NCBI GenBank assembly: GCA_031261505.1
Contig: JAISJN010000003.1
Coordinates: forward strand, 6,141-70,140
Direction: 5' to 3'
Source: Clostridioides sp.
GTDB lineage: Bacteria; Bacillota; Clostridia; Peptostreptococcales; Peptostreptococcaceae
DNA: 64,000 nucleotides
The position numbers and the translations under genes are program-made. The notes beneath the pieces were generated by a model that worked only from the letters and a program-made list of their open reading frames with translations, ran no database searches and was not told where the DNA came from. This document shows, piece by piece, positions 59,190 to 64,000 of this stretch (the first letter of the stretch is position 1; each line of letters opens with the position of its first letter).

Positions 59190-59296
59190 ATATTTCAATC
59201 CCCTTTATTATACAAATCTGAGTGAGCTTTTCACTCACACTATATTGTATGTTCTTTTGCCAAAAAGGTTCCTAAAACCGCGACTTTTTTTGTTAA

Positions 59297-59890
59297 TTAC
59301 ATTTTTATCTCAAATACAAACTCTGCTCCTGTATCTACCTTGCAGTACAGCTGTACCTTTCCTCCATGTCTACCCACCATAGATTTGACCTGTGATAACC
59401 CCGTATCTTTGCGCTCAAATTCCAACTTACCACTTACCATAGCCTTTTCAAACTTTTCGATCACTAACCTTTTCTTATCTTCTGATATTTCAGTACTTGC
59501 ATCGGTTATAACAATCACTAGTTTTTCTCCTGATACTGAGATATCGATTTTTACCATTCCATTTTCTATATTATACTTTATTGCTATGCTCAGTAAATTT
59601 AACATAATCATCTCTATTTTCTTCCTGTCATAACTCATCACCAAACTGTCCGTACAGGAACCAAATATCAACTCTACGTTTTTTGTCGTCGCAAAATCCA
59701 TCATGGCTTCACAAATCTCTTCTATCACAACAATTATGTTTCCCTCTTCATAACCATCATCCGTGCATTTTGTATCCATTTGCATTTCTAAAGTTTCTGT
59801 ACAAGTCTCATCCATAGCTGAAAAAGTTGCGTTTATGTCTCCACTTACTAAATCCGTTGACATACTGTACACATCCTTCCCCTTCATCAC
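59297..59890 (-). CDS. stand-alone, degenerate histidine-kinase-like ATPase (GHKL) domain protein
   Basis: The N-box-like motif is NLLSIAIKY. G1 reads DASTEI rather than DxGxG, and G2 reads DTGLSQV rather than GxGLGL. There is no DHp or phospho-acceptor His region and no TM segment. Confidence 0.65.
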   Translation of the reverse strand: MMKGKDVYSMSTDLVSGDINATFSAMDETCTETLEMQMDTKCTDDGYEEGNIIVVIEEICEAMMDFATTKNVELIFGSCTDSLVMSYDRKKIEMIMLNLLSIAIKYNIENGMVKIDISVSGEKLVIVITDASTEISEDKKRLVIEKFEKAMVSGKLEFERKDTGLSQVKSMVGRHGGKVQLYCKVDTGAEFVFEIKM

Positions 59891-59985
59891 AGTGTATGTA
59901 ATACGAAGTGTAAAAATCTACCCATATAAATTATATCATACCATACCCTTATTTTACACATTTAATCAATTAACGACAATATTTT

Positions 59986-60879
59986 TTACTTTAACTTTCT
60001 ATACTGCCTTCCAGCATTATCCTTTCCTTGAAGATAAAATGATCCCGCTCCATCTCCGCCTCTATAGCATAATCTGACATTTATTAGATATCCTATTATC
60101 AATACCCAGCTACTGAAATATATCCATGTGATCAGCACTATTATCTCAGCTATACTCCCGTATATTGCCTCGTAGTTCGCAAAATGGTTTGTGTATATGG
60201 AGTATAGATACGATACTAAAAACCACCCAAAAGTCGCAAAAACAGCACCTGGGAGCGCATCTCTGTATCTTATTTTTTTATTTGGAGTGTACTTGTAAAG
60301 TACTATAAATATAGTGATTATAGTAAGTATGCTGACTGTGTACCTGAGTATATTCCATATGGTTAAAAACAGTCTATTTAAACCTATGAATCCGAATATA
60401 ACAAATCCGATTTTTTCTCCGTATATCAAAAGTATGATTGAAGAAAATATCAAGACGAGAAGAGCTATTGTAAACAGAAAGGATATAGCCATTATCTTTA
60501 TAAACGACCTTGTCTCTTCGACGTTATACGCCTTATTCATACCCTTAATCAAGGCTTTAACCGACCTAGAAAACGTCCATATAGTCAAAAAGAAACTTGT
60601 GTACAAGAGGTTTGGATTCTTATTGTGCATGGCTGATGTTATTATGCTGTATATTATGTTGAACACACTAGCTGGCATGAGTCCAGCTATAGCACCTGTA
60701 TATTTATTTAGATGAAATTCTGGTATAAATGCAACCCCACTTATGAAAAATAGTATAAATGGGAAGATAGACAGCAAAATAAAGAAGGCTAATTCCGCTG
60801 CCCTCGAGCTCAATGCTCCGTAGTTGAATTTATTTACCAGCCTTCTTATAAGCTGAACTAAGTCGCTCAAAACCTTCAC
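59986..60879 (-). CDS. YihY/BrkB-family membrane protein
   Basis: SSRAAELAFFILLSIFPF..., 6 TM segments, 297 aa. Confidence 0.88.
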   Translation of the reverse strand: MKVLSDLVQLIRRLVNKFNYGALSSRAAELAFFILLSIFPFILFFISGVAFIPEFHLNKYTGAIAGLMPASVFNIIYSIITSAMHNKNPNLLYTSFFLTIWTFSRSVKALIKGMNKAYNVEETRSFIKIMAISFLFTIALLVLIFSSIILLIYGEKIGFVIFGFIGLNRLFLTIWNILRYTVSILTIITIFIVLYKYTPNKKIRYRDALPGAVFATFGWFLVSYLYSIYTNHFANYEAIYGSIAEIIVLITWIYFSSWVLIIGYLINVRLCYRGGDGAGSFYLQGKDNAGRQYRKLK

Positions 60880-61010
60880 TCCCTTCTATCTACTATGACC
60901 TAATCTATTATCCCCATAATATACATTTCTATTTTTATTATCAATATATTTTACTTAAATATATCCGATTTTATTCATAATAATTCTCAACTGACTAAAG
61001 TCAGGGGCTT

Positions 61011-61108
61011 TTTGAATTCTGATTCAACTATTTCAGTTGGAAATTCATCCACTGAAATTCTAATTATGCCCCCACCTGTAGAGGTGGGGGCATAATTAGC
61101 AAGTTAAA
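61011..61108 (+). repeat. intergenic repeat (J)
   Basis: TTTGAATTCTGATTCAACTATTTCAGTTGGAAATTCATCCACTGAAATTCTAATTATGCCCCCACCTGTAGAGGTGGGGGCATAATTAGCAAGTTAAAA. Confidence 0.78.
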
Positions 61109-61148
61109 ATCTATCTGTATGAACTTAACTATACTTCTCTATACTAAA

Positions 61149-62105
61149 CTATCTTTTTATCTCTGCACTCTTTTCGAGCTCAGATATGTGTTTAGCGTAT
61201 TTTTCATTTGTTACAGCTGCTATGATCTTATTTCTCGCATCGTGGAAACTTATTTCTTTGTCTTTCTTATCTGTTATCTTTACGATGTGATATCCAAAGC
61301 TTGTTTCAAATACCTTTGAAACATCTCCTCTAGCTACGTTAAATACATGTTTAGAGAACTCAGCATCGTATTTGTCTGGAGTAAAGTATCCAAGTTCTCC
61401 ACCGTTTTTACCAGTTGCCTTGTCATCTGAACTAGACTTTGCGACATCGGCAAATACAGCTCCGTTTTTTATATCGTTTAAAAGCTTGTCAGCCTTTTCT
61501 TTTGATTTAGATTTTTCCTCGCTGCTCACTGGATTGCCGTCGTCGTCTAAGGTAGATACTAGTATCTGTGATGCACTTACCTCAGGTACTGTGAAGTCAT
61601 CCTTGTGTTTAGAGTAGTAATCCTGTATATCTGCATCGCTTATTTCGAGCTTGTCTTCAAAATCTTTTTTGTATTTTTCTAAGACCAAGTCTTTTTCAAT
61701 AGTCTTTTTCAAATAGGCATCGTCTACTCCAGCCTTGGCTAGAATTTTCTTGTAACCAGGATTTTGAGCCACTGCATCTACTAAAGTAGAGTATTTTGTC
61801 TCTACCTCGTCCTTGCTCACCTTTATACCCTTAGCTGTAGCTGACTGATATACGATTTCGTTGTCGACCATAAATGATAATATATTCTCGTCGCGTTTCT
61901 TTTTTCCGTCTTTATCTAAATTCTCATCCTGCTGCTCAAACGATTGACCTCTTAGGTATTCATTTGTAGCAGATAAGACTGATTTTGTCTTATTGTAATC
62001 GTCCTTAGTTATGTTGGTATCGTTGACTTTGGCTAGGTTACTTCCACAGCCAGTCAAAGAAATTACCATCATTCCTAAGATCCCTATATATAATCCTTTT
62101 TTCAC
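61149..62105 (-). CDS. prsA: PrsA-type foldase lipoprotein (parvulin PPIase)
   Basis: Lipobox ISLTGCG; the PPIC domain ends FGYHIVKITDK. Confidence 0.88.
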   Translation of the reverse strand: MKKGLYIGILGMMVISLTGCGSNLAKVNDTNITKDDYNKTKSVLSATNEYLRGQSFEQQDENLDKDGKKKRDENILSFMVDNEIVYQSATAKGIKVSKDEVETKYSTLVDAVAQNPGYKKILAKAGVDDAYLKKTIEKDLVLEKYKKDFEDKLEISDADIQDYYSKHKDDFTVPEVSASQILVSTLDDDGNPVSSEEKSKSKEKADKLLNDIKNGAVFADVAKSSSDDKATGKNGGELGYFTPDKYDAEFSKHVFNVARGDVSKVFETSFGYHIVKITDKKDKEISFHDARNKIIAAVTNEKYAKHISELEKSAEIKR

Positions 62106-62135
62106 AAATATTCACCTCAACTATTCTTTAGTTTT

Positions 62136-62984
62136 TTACTGTAAGTTTCTAAGCCAATAGTTACGTGGAACTTCATTTTGTCCTATCGCTTTGAATTCGA
62201 ACCCTTCAGATGCCAAGAATTTAATCATAGGTTCTAGGGCGTCTAAACTCTGTTTTTTCTCATGGAATAAGACAACTATATTATCCTTGCCTACAGATTG
62301 TGTCTTTACTGCATCTAATATCTGTGCAGAATTAGATTTCCAATCCAAAGTATCTATATCCCAGTCCCAGATTTTATAGCCGGCATTTACCATTGCATCG
62401 TATGACGCCTGTGGGGTATTCGGTTTACTTCCATAAGGTATTCTTATTACCTTTGAAGTTTTACCTGTTAGATCAGTGAATATCTTACTACATTGGTCAA
62501 ATTCTTCTTTTGCCGCAGATGGTGATGTGTATAGCTTGTGTATATCGTGAGACATACTGTGGAATCCAGCTGTACTATCGCTATTTGCTATATTCTTTGC
62601 CTGTTGTGGAAACGCCTTCATATTAGGACCTATCATAAAGAAAGATGCTTTTGCATTGTTTCTCTTTAATATATCTAGCATCTGGTCTGTAAATTTCGAT
62701 GGACCATCGTCAATCGTCAAATATACGACCTTTCCCGATGTCTTACCTGGTCCTTTATTTATTTCTTCCGAAGCATCTGATACAATGCTCGTTATTGTGT
62801 TAGTTGACAGTTCTATATCTCTTGAAGCCTCTTCAGCTGAAGCATTTGAACTAAAGACTCTTATTCCTGCAAATACAGCTGCTACACATACTACCAGTAT
62901 ACATACCACTAATGCTATCTTTCCACCGTTAACTGTCTTTTTGTTTCTACTGTTGCTGTAGCTGCGTCCTCTTTTCTTACTCAT
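62136..62984 (-). CDS. polysaccharide deacetylase (NodB-domain) membrane-anchored protein
   Basis: YLTIDDGP (motif 1) and HSMSH (motif 2), with an N-terminal TM anchor. ATG 62984 follows GGGAGGGA. The track ORF begins at 63002. Confidence 0.88.
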   Translation of the reverse strand: MSKKRGRSYSNSRNKKTVNGGKIALVVCILVVCVAAVFAGIRVFSSNASAEEASRDIELSTNTITSIVSDASEEINKGPGKTSGKVVYLTIDDGPSKFTDQMLDILKRNNAKASFFMIGPNMKAFPQQAKNIANSDSTAGFHSMSHDIHKLYTSPSAAKEEFDQCSKIFTDLTGKTSKVIRIPYGSKPNTPQASYDAMVNAGYKIWDWDIDTLDWKSNSAQILDAVKTQSVGKDNIVVLFHEKKQSLDALEPMIKFLASEGFEFKAIGQNEVPRNYWLRNLQ

Positions 62985-63273
62985 ACTATCCCTCCCATTC
63001 ATAACTCTGTTACAGATTTACGCTGCAAGCACTCTTAGACGGGTTGCCCCTGTCGCCAAATCTAATGTATTTTTTGCTCACAACCACACCGATTAAGAAT
63101 TAATTCTATCTTAACCGCCCATTCTTATATTAAACTATAAATCGAGGATTTTTGCAACGTTATATAAAAAAATAGGAGCATTCGACATTATTCTATCCTA
63201 CTTATTCTAATGGTTCTATCTTATTTATTATATTTCCTTAAGATTTATTACGTTTCCTTAAGTTTAAACTAAG

Positions 63274-63380
63274 TTATATAACTTGAGAAAAATACCCCCA
63301 ACCTCCTATAAAGTCAGCGGTCGAAATTCTCATTCCTAGGATAGTAAAATCTCCAACAAGATAATCAAGGCTTAAAATTT
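63274..63380 (-). repeat. intergenic repeat, inverted and decayed (K)
   Basis: TTATATAACTTGAGAAAAATACCCCCAACCTCCTATAAAGTCAGCGGTCGAAATTCTCATTCCTAGGATAGTAAAATCTCC... Confidence 0.55.
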
Positions 63381-63469
63381 AGATTTTTTTCACTAATTGC
63401 TAAATACTGTGATAAAATAAACGTAAATATAGTATAATATATTTAATTAAACGTAAAGGGATGATATCT

Positions 63470-63646
63470 ATGTATCGATTTGATGATTATGTTACTTTGA
63501 CCGACGATCCTGAACTACCGAAGGAAATCAGGAACAAATGCCTCAGAATTTTTAGCATATCTGAAAATTTAGAAGACATTATAGTTGTGCACAAGCTGAA
63601 GCTTTACACAATCCAGGAAAAGCATATTAAAGAGACTCAAAATTAG
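63470..63646 (+). CDS. small hypothetical protein (58 aa from the second ATG)
   Basis: AAAGGG lies 9 nt upstream of ATG 63470. A terminator-like hairpin lies downstream. No recognisable motif. Confidence 0.4.
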   Translation: MYRFDDYVTLTDDPELPKEIRNKCLRIFSISENLEDIIVVHKLKLYTIQEKHIKETQN

Positions 63647-63758
63647 TCTCATCAATTTTGATACGTGATTTCCAGGTATATATCTTTTACAATCAATTTA
63701 TGCTATGAACACTTTAAGCTTCATCGCCTGAGTGTTGTAGGCAGTTTATCTGGAAAAA

Positions 63759-63794
63759 ATCCCACCCATCTGTGAAGGTGGGTGATATTTTTTC
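63759..63794 (+). terminator. rho-independent terminator (its stem resembles hairpin 2 of the repeat family)
   Basis: CCCACCCATCTGTGAAGGTGGGTG followed by ATATTTTTTC. Confidence 0.55.
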
Positions 63795-63880
63795 TATATT
63801 GTATTCTGTATATTATTGAGTAGACAATCACATTAAGGGTAAATATATACCTAAATAAAAAAATAAAGAGGAGGATGAAT

Positions 63881-64000
63881 ATGAATTATAAATCACTTAT
63901 TGAAAACACAAAATCGGTCAGAGAATTTACAACAGAACCTATAGAAGACACAAAGATTAGCGAGTTAAAGGCTTTTGCCAGGGCGTCTAGGAGGCTTGTC
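63881..64000 (+). CDS. nitroreductase-family protein, 5' part only (runs off the window)
   Basis: My own translation is MNYKSLIENTKSVREFTTEPIEDTKISELKAFARASRRLV, which carries the typical R-x-F nitroreductase N-terminus. RBS AAGAGGAGG. Confidence 0.75.
   Translation, partial: MNYKSLIENTKSVREFTTEPIEDTKISELKAFARASRRLV

Noticed and set aside
58785-59225. Plus-strand ORFs (58785-58970, 58977-59225) and a second minus-strand frame (58802-59047) overlapping the Cys-rich gene.
   Set aside because: Only the 58827-59189 minus frame has a proper RBS-ATG (AAAGGGGA, 9 nt, ATG), a downstream terminator and a coherent Cys/His pattern. The others are composition artefacts of the repetitive codons.
977-62961. 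About 70 ORFs of 60-170 aa in the supplied track that lie antisense to, or in alternative frames of, the large genes. Examples are 977-1285, 3795-4076, 16137-16541, 33058-33558, 41302-41697, 49797-50306 and 57192-57572.
   Set aside because: They are fully nested in strongly supported genes. They have S/L/F/I-rich low-complexity translations typical of shadow frames in AT-rich DNA. They lack RBS-start configurations and family motifs.
63003-63250. Possible riboswitch in the long leader of the polysaccharide deacetylase gene. It has an AGAUUU/AAAUCU closing stem around a GAC-A-GGG-GCAA-CCC-GUC hairpin.
   Set aside because: It does not match the cores of the c-di-GMP-I/II, c-di-AMP (ydaO), fluoride or purine classes as far as I can recall them. 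The helices are short enough to arise by chance. It would need an Rfam scan.
1-64000. Looked for IS elements, integrases, prophage modules, toxin-antitoxin pairs, restriction-modification systems, and retron or DGR reverse transcriptases.
   Set aside because: No ORF shows transposase (DDE, HUH), recombinase, RT or methyltransferase-endonuclease signatures. The only N6-MTase-like motif (NPPY at 8264-9415) sits in a THUMP-domain RNA methyltransferase.

Overview
Low-GC Firmicutes-type chromosomal segment. The evidence is T-box, preQ1-I and L-box leaders, QueT and BioY transporter components, and a PrsA-type lipoprotein. I call about 60 protein genes, nearly all on the minus strand, plus one tRNA-Leu(UAG). 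No transposase, integrase, phage, CRISPR or cas genes are visible. Core content: argG behind a T-box; an amino-acid ABC transporter behind a second T-box; two lipoprotein-associated two-component systems; a 1505-aa acyl-CoA-dehydratase-activase-type fusion; queT behind a preQ1-I riboswitch; gltS, bioY and a Na/Pi cotransporter; trxA-trxB; an NhaC-type antiporter behind a lysine riboswitch; cysK-cysE; prsA; and a polysaccharide deacetylase. Five things deserve a second look. (1) A dense family of about 100-bp double-hairpin intergenic repeats (REP/MITE-like) has at least 17 full or partial copies, including a tandem array and a 98%-identical pair. (2) A six-gene operon is built around an ArsS/TIGR04167-type radical SAM enzyme, its two partner transferases, an APH/choline-kinase-fold protein and two TVP38/DedA-type membrane proteins, with no arsenic genes nearby. 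(3) A Ter-type stress-response cluster holds three TerD genes, a Ca2+-type P-ATPase where TerC normally sits, YceG-like and TelA genes, and a four-gene nucleoside-like biosynthetic module. (4) An isolated 438-aa gene carries a C-terminal HEPN-like RNxxxH motif and is a candidate single-gene defence or abortive-infection protein. (5) A Cys/His-rich small protein sits next to a degenerate stand-alone histidine-kinase ATPase domain. All functional calls come from reading motifs in the supplied translations and the DNA. No database search was run.
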